In this document: positions 1-20,441 of the stretch, one piece after another
Position numbering within the stretch: the first letter of the stretch is position 1
How the letters are laid out: each line of letters starts with the position of its first letter
NCBI RefSeq assembly: GCF_009914755.1
Contig: NC_060925.1
DNA length: 64,000 nt
Reading direction: 5' to 3' (one strand)
DNA from: the human T2T-CHM13v2.0 reference genome, Homo sapiens
Notes under the pieces: model-generated
Told to the model about the DNA's origin: nothing
Database searches by the model: none
Seen by the model: the letters and a program-made list of their open reading frames with translations, nothing else
Position numbers and translations under genes: made by a program

Positions 1-22
1 TCTTCTTTTCCGGTTTAGCCTC

Positions 23-317
23 TTTTTTTTTTTTTTTTTCTTGAGACAGGGTCTCACTCTGTCACCCAGTCTAGCTAGTGTGCAGTGGAGCAGTCATCTC
101 AACCTCCCCAGGCTCAGGTGATCCTCCCTCCTCAGCCTCCCACGTAGCTGGGACTAGAGTTGTGTGCCACCATACCCAGCTAATTTTTGTACTTTTTTGT
201 AGAGATGGGGTTTTGCCCTGTTGCCCAAGCTGGGCACAAACTCCTGGGCTCCAGCAGTACACTGGCCTTGGCTCCCCAAAGTGTTGGGATTACAGGCGTG
301 AGCCACTGCACTCAGCC
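23..317 (-). mobile_element. AluJ
   Basis: poly(T), gagacagggtctcactctgtcaccc ... gagccactgcactcagcc. Confidence 0.9.
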
Positions 318-1288
318 TAATTTAGTCTTTTAAAGCTATGTGTTTCCCTCTAAGTACTCCTTTAGTTACATTTCATAAATTTTTATGTTTTATGTTTGTT
401 TTCACTCATTTCAAAATATTGCCTAACATCCATTATGATTTATTCTTTGATCTATGGGTTACTTAGAAGTGTGTGTTTGATTTCCAAGTATTCATGGCTT
501 TCCCTCAAATTTTTTATTTATATTGATTTTTAATTTAATTTTATTGTAGTTTGTATGACTTTTGTTTCATGTATTTTGGAGGTCTGTTAGATGAATATAT
601 AATATATAAGGAATGTATGTATCAGGATATACATTGTTATATATTCCTGATATATTGACCTTTTTATCATTATAATACATCCCTCTTTGTCTCAGTTGAT
701 ATTTATCTTAAAGTCTATTTTGTTTTTTTATCAGTATAGCCACTCCAGCTCTCTTACGGTTACTGTTTGCATGATATATCTTTTTCCATTCTTTTACTTT
801 CAACCTATTTGTATCCTTGAATCTAAAGACAACATATAGTTGGATTTTGGTTTGACTGTAAAATCTTATCCATTCACATTTTAATGTAATTACTCAGTAT
901 TGCTGACTGCTATTTAAAAAATTTTTAAATTGAGATATAAGTCATGTGACATTAAATACATTTTAAAATGTACAAGTCAGTGATTTTTAGTACATCCACT
1001 GTGAGGTACAACCGTCACCACTATTAAGTCTGCCATTTTGCTATTTAGTTTCTAAATGTCTCATGTCTCTTTTGTTCCTTTGTTCCTTCTTTACTACCTC
1101 TTTCGTGTTATAGGAATATTTTGTAGTATACCACTTTGATTCCTCTGACTTCTAAATTTTTTTTGTTATTTTCTTAGTACTTTCTCTGGATACTATAATA
1201 TGCATCTTAATTATTTCAGATTAACGCTAAATTCTGGAAAAATAGAGAAACTTTGCACCAATATAGCTCCATTTCCTCCCGATATACT

Positions 1289-1343
1289 CACATGCATACA
1301 TGCACGCATGCACACACACACACACATACACACACACACACAC
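1289..1343. repeat. (CA)n microsatellite
   Basis: Interrupted cacacaca run. Confidence 0.9.
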
Positions 1344-2171
1344 TTGACCCAATAATATAATTACTGCTTTATATATTCATCTTTTAGAGAAATTAAGAGA
1401 ACTGAGGAAAATACGTATTTATTTAGTCTTACATTTATGCATCTATTTACCACTTATGGTTCTCTTCATTCTTAACATGGATGCAAGTTAACATATGGTA
1501 GCAACTTTCTTTTGGTTAATGGTTGTGTGGTATATGTTTTCCCATCCTTTTACTTTCACCCTTTTTATATCTTAGTAGTTAAAGTGTTTTTATTGTAAGC
1601 AGCATATGGTTTTTCCCTTGTCATTTGGGGCAATCTTTTCTTTCAGTTGTAGAATTTAGTCTTATATGTAGATACTGATGTATTTGGGTTTAGTATGCCA
1701 TGTCACTATTCGTTTTCTATTTGTCCCTCAAGTTATATGTTCTTTTTTCTCTCTCTAGCCTGCTTTTGGACTTCTGAAGTGTTTTTGTTTGTTTGTTTGC
1801 TTTAAATCTGTTTTTCTCTATTACCTTGTTGAGTTTTTTAAACCATAATTTGCTGATTAACTCAGAAATTACAAAATGCATGATTGACTTATCAAGATCC
1901 ACTATAAGTGAGTACTTCTACCACTTCAAGGACCTAAAGCACCTTAGGTACAGTTACCATCATTTCTCCTTTTTTTTGCTATTGTTGTATATTTTAATTG
2001 AACATCTATTTTAAACTTCCTTATATATTATTGTTCTTATTTGTAGTCATTCTTGATTTAGAGTTACCCACATATTTACAGTTCTCCTTTCCATTAGTCT
2101 TCATTTATTCTGGCATCTTTGTGCTTCCATGTGGGATCATTTGCCTTGTGCCTAAAGAACTTATGGTATTT

Positions 2172-2565
<394 letters not shown>

Positions 2566-3480
2566 TCATTTTAAAAACATATTAATCTCAGCTATGATAT
2601 CCTATGTTGACAATTATTTCCTTTCACCACTTAAAAGCTATTATTCAGTTGCCTCCTAGCTACCATGTTTCTATTGAGAAGTCAGTTTTCAGTTTATTGT
2701 TTCCCTTTAAAAATAATACACCTTTTTTCACTGGCTCCTTTGAAGATTTTTTTTTTTTTGGTTTTACTTTGTTAATCTGTTGCTTAGTTTAATCTGTTCA
2801 GATTTATTATTGCTCTTGAACCTACAACTTGATGTCTGTAGTCAATTTTGGAAAATTGACTTGGCCACTCTATTTTTATGTATTGGTCCTGCTCCATTCT
2901 CTTTTCTCTTTCTCAGACTTCAGTTATCTCTCTGTTAGACCATTTCACAAGCCTAATAATGCCTTGTGTGTGTATTATGCTTTTCTCTGTGTTCTTTATC
3001 CTTTTGCTTAACCTACCTCAGTCTGGATATTTTCCTCTGACCTACATTCCACACTTGTGTTTAACCTGCTCTTTAACCTATCCATTGAATTGTTTCCAAT
3101 TTTGATATTTTTTCATTTCCAGAATTTCCATTTTATTTACTTTTACAGTTTCAAATTTTCTGCCAAAATGCTCCAATTGTCATATACTGCTTTGAACAAA
3201 TTAATCATTTATAGTCTGGATATGACAATGCCAGTATTTCAGTCTCCCCTTGGTCTCTTCATTACAGTCAGCTTTTTCCTCTTGGTTTTCAGTCTGTTCT
3301 TAACTCTTTGTATGCCTGGGTATTTTTTTATTGTGTGCTGGGTGTTATGATTGCAAAATTATAACACTAATTTGTAACCTAAGGCTCTGGATAATATCTT
3401 CCTCCATAGGGGATTTACTTTTGCTTCTGGCAGAGAGTTTTTCTAGATACAGCTGTGACTCTCCAGATTGTCTGATTGAA

Positions 3481-4346
3481 AGGACAGAAACAACTGGTTC
3501 AGGAGCCCTTGCCAGCCTCTAGAGAAATCCCAGAACACTCAGCCCTGACACATTAATACCCTGCACAGATCGGAGACTGCTGGCCATGCAGACTCACCAA
3601 GCCACAGACTTGTCTTCCGCAAGCATGTTCTTACCTCAGCCACGAAGTGACCAAGCCACATGTACTAAGGGTTGAAATCAAAGATATGTACAGGGTATTA
3701 AACAAATACCAAGGGGAACAGTTAACTTGAATACAAGGTCAAAATCAGCAACAAGTTCTATGATCCAGTGCTGATATCAGATACTAGCTTCAAGGACAAT
3801 TTCTTTTCGAAGGCTTATTCCAGATTCGTGAGGCTAGCATGAGATGTATGCATTTGCCAGGGACAAATTTATACTTCTGAATTAACCCATGCAGCAAAAG
3901 CTATGCATCTGCTCACAGTCTATTTAGAAGCATTTGTGGTGAACAGTGGAGGGGCCCAACTTGTCATACTCCTGCTTGCTAGTGCACATCTGCTGGAAGG
4001 TGGACAGTGAGGTCAGGATGGAGCCGCCGATCCACACCGAGTACTTTCGCTCTCGGGGTGCAATGATCTTGATCTTCATGGTGCTAGGTGCCAGGGCAGT
4101 GATTGCCTTCTGCATCCTGTTGGTGATGTCTGGGTACATGGTGGTGCCGCTGGACAGCACTGTGTTGGCGTACAGGTCTTTGAAGATGTCCACATCACAC
4201 TTCATGATGCAGTTGAAGGTGGTCTTGTGGGTGCCACAGGATTCCATGCCCAGGAAGGAAGACTGGAACAGCACCTCCGGACACCGGAACCGTTCGTTGC
4301 CGATGGTGATGACCTGGCCGTCGGGCAGCTTGTAGCTCTTCTCCAG
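3481..4346 (-). pseudogene. Processed gamma-actin (ACTG1-derived) fragment: codons ~236-375 plus ~440 nt of 3'UTR, no poly(A)
   Basis: Intronless LEKSY...VHHKCF, 20 substitutions in 140 aa versus recalled cytoplasmic actin; UTR motifs GCTGCATGGGTTAATT and CTGGAATAAGCCTTCGAAAAGAAATTGTCCTTGAAGCT match ACTG1 rather than ACTB. Confidence 0.92.
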
Positions 4347-4527
4347 CTTTTTGTCATCAGCTGTAGCTGTTCTTTGTACCATCTTCTTTCTGTGAGCTGT
4401 ACCCTTGTCCCCATTCTGGACCTGATCCGGAAGTTTGGCTAACTTTTCTTGATTTGTGCTGTTGGTTAATCTGAAGCAGAGAAGGTCTTCCAACTCCAGT
4501 GTGCAGCAAGAACAAGATGGCTGCCCA
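4345..4527 (-). pseudogene. Processed BTF3L4 (beta-NAC-like) 5' fragment: 5'UTR plus first ~35 codons, fused to the actin fragment
   Basis: [38 protein letters not shown] resembles [39 protein letters not shown]; no upstream MKETI and codons AATCAAGAAAAGTTAGCCAAACTT favour BTF3L4 over BTF3; start ATG now ACA (4455-4457). Confidence 0.85.
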
Positions 4528-4529
4528 GG

Positions 4530-4785
4530 AAGATTTCTTAAATAAGAAACAAAACCTACTAACCATAAATGAAAAGATTGATAAATTTGACTACATTGGA
4601 AATAATAATTTGTGTGTATCAAGAATTACCCTAAAGAAGGGGGGGTGGCACAGAAGACAAGTCACAAACAGGTAGAAAATACATAGCCAACAAAGGACTG
4701 ATATCTATAATATACAAAGAAATCCTACAAATATATAAGAAAAAGAAAAAACTAATAGGAAAATGGGCAAAAGACATGTGGAGAT
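4530..4785 (+). mobile_element. Ancient L1M ORF2 3' fragment
   Basis: agatttcttaaataag...gataaatttgactacatt...aaaatgggcaaaagacatg. Confidence 0.7.
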
Positions 4786-5017
4786 ATGACTTTAGGGTTT
4801 TCAGTCTCAATGAAATTAGAAAAGTAGCAGATTTAGAGCTCAGTGAGATTCCATTTCATGCTACTAAGTTTATGGTAATTTTCTTCTCACCTCATACGTA
4901 TACTATAAACTTTAGCACGCTGAACTTAAATGCAATTTTGTTTTACTGTATACCTGGTTGCCACTGTATGGTGCATTGTTGTTGTTGTTCTGCAGAATAT
5001 TCTCCCTTCTCTTAGTG

Positions 5018-5720
<703 letters not shown>

Positions 5721-5729
5721 CCCTATGTG

Positions 5730-6050
5730 AGATATATAGTATTTCCCTCCATAGTAGAAGACAGGTTTGCTTACAAGATTCAGGTTTCCTAAGCTCTGGG
5801 TTTCTTTCCTATAATACAACCCACTGTGTGTGCAGATGTCACCTGGCCTTTGTCCCATCACCCTGTGGGAATTGGGCTTGAGGAACTAGTGTAAGAAAAT
5901 AATGGTGCTGTGGCTATACTGCTATTGCTCTGAGTGAAAAACTGTCCTTTGTCTCTGAGTCTGTCTTTTATCTGTATAAGTGAAACTCTGGCAGGCTAAC
6001 TTTTTAGCTTGCAGGTAGGATAAAAACCTCAGACCTTGCGTGTTCTTGAT
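5730..6050 (+). mobile_element. ERVL LTR fragment (MER68-like)
   Basis: ggcaggctaactttttagcttgcaggtaggataaaaacctcagacc...ttcttga resembles a recalled LTR 3' end; family uncertain. Confidence 0.5.
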
Positions 6051-6331
6051 GCAAGTCCTCATTCTTTGAAGTTAGTGTGCTGAAATGGGAATCATTGCTT
6101 TTGATACTTGTTAATGGGAAGCATAGTATTGAATAGGCTAAATGTATAACAAGACAGATACTTTTTCTGTTGTCAAATTTTGATGTTCAAATATTCTTTA
6201 AAATGTCTCCAATACCCTAGTTTTATTTCCATCTTTAATTTACTCATTCATCAGATATTTCTTTGCATTCTTTGTGTTCTTAATTTTCTCAGATTGTTGC
6301 ACCATTAGAAGCTAGGTTGATCCACAGACAG

Positions 6332-6397
6332 ATGGCTGAAAGTGGAAAAGAAAAAATAAAATGGACAACCACCATTATTATTAGCTCATCTCTTAAG
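6332..6397 (+). CDS. C1orf146: C1orf146 (SPO16/SCRE, meiotic SHOC1 partner) first coding exon; exon starts 6293 in 5'UTR
   Basis: Acceptor ttttctcag|6293; ATG at 6332; translates MAESGKEKIKWTTTIIISSSLK; donor AAG|gtaaag. Matches recalled N-terminus; splices in frame with the next four exons. Confidence 0.95.
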
Positions 6398-7029
6398 GTA
6401 AAGGGGCATTTGGGCCACTGATCTTTAACTTAAAAAAATTAAAAGCAGCTTTCATATAGAACAACATTTTAAAAGGTTCTTAGCTTAATTATCCACAATT
6501 AATTGTGGGGAGCAGGAAGTACATAAGCTAAATGTATTTTAAAGATAAATTAATAGACTTTTTCCATTCATTTTCAACATCCGACTTCCTTAATTCTTTG
6601 AAGGTTGGAGATTTTCTAAAGTTTTTTTTTTTTTCCTTCTGTAAGCACTCTAATAGAGATGTTAAGGAATTCCGGAAACAGTAAAGATATGCAAATATAT
6701 ATTAGTTAAGGCTTTCTGAGAGCTAAAGAACCAGAAACTGATATCCTAGCCTTGGCAGCACTGGAATGAGACTGTCTCCTTATGGTTTGGAGAGGGAGAG
6801 ATGGAAAGTTGAATGCCTGAGAGCAGGTGGTCAGCTCACAACCGTTTTAAACTCCTCAGCTCACAAGACTTCTCCATTGCCCTGATATTTATCTTACGGA
6901 CACCAGCTGATGTCTGGAATGAAGGGGCAAGAAATGATTGTTCCATAGTAACGTGTGGTTTTATGCTTTTTGCTGTATTTTGTTTTATACTTTGTTGTGA
7001 GTCCATTTTCATAAATTATATATATTTTT

Positions 7030-12636
<5,607 letters not shown>

Positions 12637-12834
12637 ATAAATTATATTTTTACAAACATTTGCCCATTTTATAGAGGCTTTTAAATGTGTTAAGTTGAAC
12701 TTTATGAAATTTACATTTCTGTGGTGAAAAGTTTCATGTTGTCATTTTTTAAATTTTCTAATCAACTGTTAAGTGCCCCTTTTCATTCCTGTTTTTACTT
12801 ACATTTTCTTCCTTATGAGTGATAGACATACTAG

Positions 12835-13141
<307 letters not shown>

Positions 13142-13844
13142 GACATAATACTAGTTTTAAATATTATTAATAGATGTTACATATGCAGGAAGGAGTATTG
13201 TATGGATTTTATTTGGGATGCTGGTATAAAAGTTAAACAAGTGTTTTTTTGTTTTGGTTTGGTTTTCTTTTTACTGCACTATTATTCAGAGACTTTAATA
13301 TGCTCAAATGCATTGTAAAACCCCAAAAAGAGATGAGATAATATTCAGCATTTCCGAATCTTATTTCAATCCGGAGCATCTTTTAATATCTCATAGGACT
13401 AATATTCTATGAAACATATTTTGAAAAATCTATACTTAGCTTCCTGGTCATTTTGATGAATCAGCTCTTGAACTTACTGTTTTCTCAATTCAATACTTTC
13501 TAATTTTACCATTTTTTTTTTAAGCATTCCATTATTTTATTCTTTTAGTTGGCTCCTCCTCCTCCTGATAAAAGGATATTATTGAAATTCATTAGCATGA
13601 TATTTATGGGTGCTCATGATCTGCCTGCAGTTATTCCTAACATTGTACCCAAATTAGCTGACTTGTGTATACCTTACACACTCACCATATAAGAACCATA
13701 CCTTTAGGTCTGAATGCCTTTACCTATGTTATTCTTTCTGTCCATACTCTTCTCATATTTGTCTTCTTCCTTCACTTGTCTGCTTAATACACTGCTTTTT
13801 ATTTTAAAGATTTGACTCAGATTTTTTGTTATATTTTTTGTTTA

Positions 13845-13964
13845 TTTTTTAATTAGGGTCTCACTATGTTGCCCAGGCCAGTCTTGAACTCCTGAGCTCA
13901 AGCAATCCATTGCCTTGGCCTCCCAAAGTGCTAGGATTATAGGCATGAGCCACTGTGCCTGGCC
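13845..13964 (-). mobile_element. FLAM Alu monomer
   Basis: ggtctcactatgttgcccagg...gagccactgtgcctggcc. Confidence 0.8.
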
Positions 13965-14331
13965 CTATTTGAATCAAATTTTAGGGAGCTTTCTTAACTC
14001 ATGTTTTTTACATTTTTAAACATATCTTCTAGTTCTTTGCCAAAATTCTCAAGCTAGGTTTTATCTTCTTGATCATAGTAAACAGGCTGTTTTAAGGTGT
14101 GTATTTGATAGATTCACTACATGGATCCCTTGTGGGCCTGTTTCTGTTCTCTATTGTTTCTGATAGTTTTCTTTAATGGAATTGTGTCCCTTTGTATGTC
14201 TGATTATTTTTTATTATATGTTGGAATTTGTATTTGAAAAATTGTAGAAATAATTTGAAGCCTAGAATAGTGCTATCTTCCCCTTGAGAGGTTTTAATTC
14301 TGTAAGAAAATTAAATTCCTGATGCCCTAAG

Positions 14332-14813
14332 TAGGGTTGCCAGATAAAATACAGGACACTCAAGTTTGAATTTCCAGCTAGGTGCAGTGGCTCATGCCTA
14401 TAATCCCAGCACTTTGGGAGGCCAAGGTGGGTGGATCACTTGAGGTCAGGAGTTTTGAGACCAGCCTGGCCAACATGGTGAAACCCTGTCTCTACCAAAA
14501 ATACAAAAATTAGCCAGGCATGGTGGTGCATGCCTGTAATTCTAGCTACTTGGGAGGCTGAGGCAGGAGAATCGTTTGAATCTGGGAGGCAGAGGTTGCA
14601 GTGTCCAAGATCATGCCATTGCACTCCAGTCTGGGTGACAGAGTGAGACCCTGTCTCAAAAAAAAAAAAAGTTTGAATTTCAGATAAACAGTGAATTTAC
14701 TGTAATTATGTCCCAAATATTGCATAGGTCATACTTATATTGAAAATTGCATTGTCACTCATTCACATTTAACTGAGTGTTGTGTATTTTTATTTGCTCA
14801 GTCTGACAACCCA
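14332..14813. mobile_element. MER33 hAT MITE split by AluS (+, 14376-14670)
   Basis: Termini tagggttgccagataaaatacaggacac ... tctgacaaccca; Alu TSD aagtttgaatttc. Confidence 0.82.
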
Positions 14814-15589
14814 ACTCCTAAGGCATCTCTTTTATATGATGAATTAAGTTGTATCCTATACATCTAGAGTGTTGAACTAAATTGTCTCCTGTACATCTGG
14901 CTATGAGAGAATTGAGAAAATAGTCACTCAGATCATTTTCTTTGTTCCATAATTCAGATGAGGAGACCTGATTGGGAAAGGTTGCTCTAGAGAGTGCTTC
15001 TGCAAGGTGCTTGGAAGCACTAGTAATTCACTTATCACCTTAATACAATTTCAGGGATTGAAATGGTTTGAAGCTGGGCTATAGTCCCTGTGAGAGCTGT
15101 TCTATTTTCGTCAAAAGATCTGTTCAGCCTCTCTTCTGCCTCTTTCTGAGCTGGCAGATGCCCTCAGGGAAAAAAGTGGCCTAAATACTTGCTCATATAT
15201 TTGAATTTCTGTGTAGATCTTGGCCTTATAATTTTTTACTATCCTGTTAGCTCTCTGGTGTATTCAAGCAGATTTTAAAAGGTTGTCCAGCTTTTCTAGT
15301 TGCCTTCAGCAGGCGGGTTGGCCTAAATTACTTAATCTGCCATTGCTGGAAGCATTATATAATTTTAAAACAGCAGAAGAAAAGAGCCATAGTTAAACTG
15401 TAGGTCAGGATCTATCTGAGTGACACAAAATACTCTTTAGAAAAGAAAGGAAGCATGTATTTTTATACATAATTTCAGCCTGTGTGCTTAACATATACAT
15501 GTTCTGAGGCAAAACAGAAAATAAAATTAATCTACCTAAGAGATTTTTATCTATCTGGAAACTAACAAGTTTGAGTTTTATTTATTATT

Positions 15590-15730
15590 TTTATTTATTT
15601 TTTAATTTTTAGTAGAAAGAAGGTCTCGCTACATTGCCCAGGCTGTTCTCAAACTCCTGGGCTGAAGTGATTCTCTCACCTCAGCCTCCCAAAGTGCTAG
15701 GATTACAGGTGTGAGCCATTGTGCCTGGCC
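15590..15730 (-). mobile_element. FLAM Alu monomer
   Basis: Antisense left-monomer sequence. Confidence 0.8.
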
Positions 15731-15981
15731 AAGTTTAAATTTTAACCTATCAGGAAAAACTATTAACCACCTAGATTTTAGTATTGTGGGTAATATGATT
15801 TAATTGCCTGGGTGGAATAGGAAATCAGGTGATATTTGAAATGGTTAGTATTAAAACCAAGAGTCCTATAGCTGTTTTCTTACATGTTTTATGACTCATC
15901 TAAGGCTTAAAACATTTTAAAAGTATACTAAAGTAACTGTAATGTAAACTGATGAATTGTCAAATTGGTTGTCTTCTGTGA

Positions 15982-16810
<829 letters not shown>

Positions 16811-17109
16811 AAATTTGCATTTGCTCTGGTTTATACAGTTTTTTAATGCTGTCTTTAAGTTCTGTTCCTAAGTAACATAACTGTAGTACGTAACTCACTC
16901 CCAAACTTGAAATAAATGTTTCAGTAGAACTAAATGTTTTTGCTTTTTTAAAGTTTTTTCTCCATAGAAAGCATATTTATTTATCTTTTGATGATCATAT
17001 CTTTAAGTGGTAGTTATAAAACAACATATTAAACTTTTAATTTTTTCTTTAGCTTTAATACAATTGTAAGCATGCCTTAAATTTGTATTTCTGATATTTT
17101 TTAAAAAAG

Positions 17110-17203
17110 AGTTATGAAGTTGCAACTGCCCTAGAAAATCGAAGCCACAAAGTTCGATATTCAGATTCAGTGGAAAATGGATCAATTATATTTTCTCTTT
17201 CTG
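17110..17203 (+). CDS. C1orf146: C1orf146 coding exon 2 (94 nt)
   Basis: ttttttaaaaaag|AGT TAT GAA..., [31 protein letters not shown]+G, donor CTG|gtatgg. Confidence 0.93.
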
Positions 17204-18193
17204 GTATGGTATATTTGCTCACTGCCTTAAGTTTCTTATGAAATATGTTGGTATAAATTCTAATGACTTCATAGTTCAGTAACCATGTAATGTATTATCT
17301 TTTGGGAAGGGTAAATGTGTAAAACTTTGTTACTACTACAAACACAGTCCATATGGCCAATTCCAAAATATATTCCTTTTTAGATTACAATTGTTAAAAT
17401 AAAGCTGAACTAGTGGAGTCTGGTAGAAGATGGGAAAAAACTACTTTGGAACTGAGATGAAAATAGAAAAAGCCACTTTCCCAACAATCTATACTTACAT
17501 TAAAGTATTACTTGCATTAACAGAGGACACATTTGTCAAAACTGATATACAAAAAAAATAGAATGTTTTCCATTAATTTTTATAAGAGTTTGCTGGATAT
17601 AATATAAATATTAACCAAAAGAATCATGGGGACAAATAAATGTTCATGAAATGACAACTGATATAGCTGTTAGTCATGGACAAAAGTCCAGTAAGGAATT
17701 AGATTAGGATAAGAGAAGGCTGAGGAGATGGGAAGGGGGGAGGTCCACCTGTGCTTGAGAAATGACAGAAGTGATTTTTAAAAAGGTAGAGGTAAAGGAT
17801 TTTATCTGGAGGGTTGCAAATAGACTCTTCTAGCAGTTTTGGAAGACAAGCACATTCAAAAAAGCTCCTAGAATAGATCTCCAGGCTGAAAGTGGTATCG
17901 CCTCAAACTTATTCTTCTGGTTAAATACAGAACCCTCCAGGGAGAAATAAAATATTTGGTGAATATTTGCCTTGGCTACTTCATATACGTGATCTAATTT
18001 ATCCTTCTGACAAATCTAACAAAAAATTTACTCCCATGTTACAGAAGAGGAAACTTATGTTCAGAGAGGTTATATAAGTTGCCCAAGTTTACTCAATTAG
18101 TGTATAATCACAATCATTTTCCTCAGACTGTCTCCCACATCGTTTGAAGAGCTATAATCAAGTTTCCCTTTAGGACCATTCTTAATGGCCTGA

Positions 18194-18544
<351 letters not shown>

Positions 18545-18606
18545 AAAGGCTTGCTTAAGACTCTCTTTCTTTAGCTGATTTCCAGCTTTTAAAAATAATT
18601 AATAAG

Positions 18607-18755
18607 AGCCTCTTGGTTGCTGAACACATGGAGGTGTCTGGAGGGTGGCAGGCCCAGAGAAGGCGTTGAAGCTCCATGTCCCTTCCCACATACCTAGCCC
18701 TACACATATCTTCATCTGTATCCTTTGTAGTGTCCTTTATAATAAACTAGTACAT
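18607..18755 (+). mobile_element. MER21 LTR fragment
   Basis: Homologous to 52585-52730 (tacctagcccta...tcttcatctgtatcctt). Confidence 0.7.
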
Positions 18756-19118
18756 ATTTTAAAAGTATAACATGAAAAATTAACTTTTTAAATGTAATTC
18801 ATCTTTTTAATGAAAAACTACCCAGTATCTTCATGTGGACAATGTCTTCATCTAGGAAAAAAAAAAAAACAGTAGTTACTGATCCAAAAAAGTTTTTCTC
18901 TTATTTAGCACAAGTCATTCTTTTATACAGAGCACTTCAAAGAACTACCTAAATTATTTTGTTGTGTAGGAATTCCATTATAGTACTTTCTATTCCTTAT
19001 GAGTTTAGGGCTTGGACACATGTGGTATACTTACAGTTATTTTGGTTGATTTTGAGTTTATAACAAAATTTCATCTCTATAACAAAGTGACATTTTATAT
19101 TCAATTCACCTTTCCTAG

Positions 19119-19287
19119 GAGTTGCATTTTTATTAATGGATACTAAGGAATGTCTTCTGTCAACTGAAGAAATATTTCTAGCCAAAATTGAGAAATTTAT
19201 TAACATTCACCAAAATAGTTTTTTGGTTTTGTCTGCTGCCCTCCATGGGCCTGAAGAATGGAAACTGATGTTCAGGATTCAGCAGAG
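19119..19287 (+). CDS. C1orf146: C1orf146 coding exon 3 (169 nt)
   Basis: tttcctag|GA GTT GCA..., [55 protein letters not shown], donor AG|gtatgg; phases match neighbours. Confidence 0.95.
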
Positions 19288-19680
19288 GTATGGAAGAATA
19301 GCATTATAGACTTATTTTTCTTATATTGTATTTATTTCAGTTCTTAATTCTTTTAGGTAAGTTTTGTTTTGCTAGATGATGAACACTGTGATGTTAACCT
19401 ATCAAATTTAATGAAACATGGGCCAAATAGCTATTCTATGAATCGAGGTGACAGGGTTCATGATGTTGCAAGGGCTTCTCCAAGACCAAGCCAAAAGTGA
19501 ACACTTTTTTAGTCAGTGATGTTCTGGCTATAAAGCCATCTCAAATCCTCTGTGGAGTAAGGCAGGGCATGAATGCATAGACAAATAACAAACAATAGAG
19601 ATTTGTCTCTTCTTTCCACTTTCTTAAGAGAACAGATGTCAGCAAGTTATATGATCTGTATAACATGAATTGTTTTTCAG

Positions 19681-19759
19681 ATTCCTGGGTTGTAACTTAC
19701 GAATACTTCCAGTACACAACACAGTAAATGCTATTAATCTTATGTGCACTATAGCAAAG
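19681..19759 (+). CDS. C1orf146: C1orf146 coding exon 4 (79 nt)
   Basis: tgtttttcag|A TTC CTG..., [26 protein letters not shown], donor AAG|gtgagt. Confidence 0.95.
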
Positions 19760-20441
19760 GTGAGTCACCCGTGGAATATGACACATACACACATACATTT
19801 TAAGGTTTTTAACTTCCAATTGTCACCCTTTTGAGCGAGACTGGCAAATATCATGCTTCTGTTCCCCTGCGGGAGTTGCTGTTTCAGGGTGCAACTTTTT
19901 CCCAAGCCTAACTCTCTTAAGTCTTCTCAATTTACTTCCAGTAGCCACTACCATTTAAGACTCACTTGGGGCCAAAAGAGCATTTGGCTGGCCCTATTGG
20001 TTACTTATATCTTCATTCAAATTCTAAAGTTATAAGGGTTGGTCAGATTGAAGTCATAAACGGTCAGAGTGCAAGCATACTACCTTATGGAATGTCATCT
20101 ACCAATTGTCTACTTTCTTTTCTTGCTTTTTGTCCTCTGCAAAGTGTGCCCAGACACCTCCAACCCCCTAGGCAGACTTAGGTCTTCCTTGCTTTTATAC
20201 TTGGAACATATCCCCATTAAAGCAATTTTTATATATTCTACTTTTTGGCTTGCATGTTTAAAATTCCTTGATAGAAACTAAGTATTTTCCTGTTGACTAC
20301 TCTAGTAACTCATACATAGTATTTAGCACAAAGATGATCAAGAGATTTGCTGAAAGAATGAAAGTCAGGTATTTTTAAATGTGACCTTGTGAAAATACCT
20401 TATTTCTGTAAATAATGCTGCATCTTTATATCTTCTTCCAG

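Noticed and set aside
3946-4442. Plus-strand ORFs over the actin pseudogene
   Set aside because: Antisense shadow frames of GC-rich actin coding sequence.
4383-4622. N-terminal part of the 232-aa ORF 3924..4622
   Set aside because: Starts at TTG inside antisense L1M sequence and runs through BTF3L4 5'UTR; only the ATG at 4382 is a plausible start.
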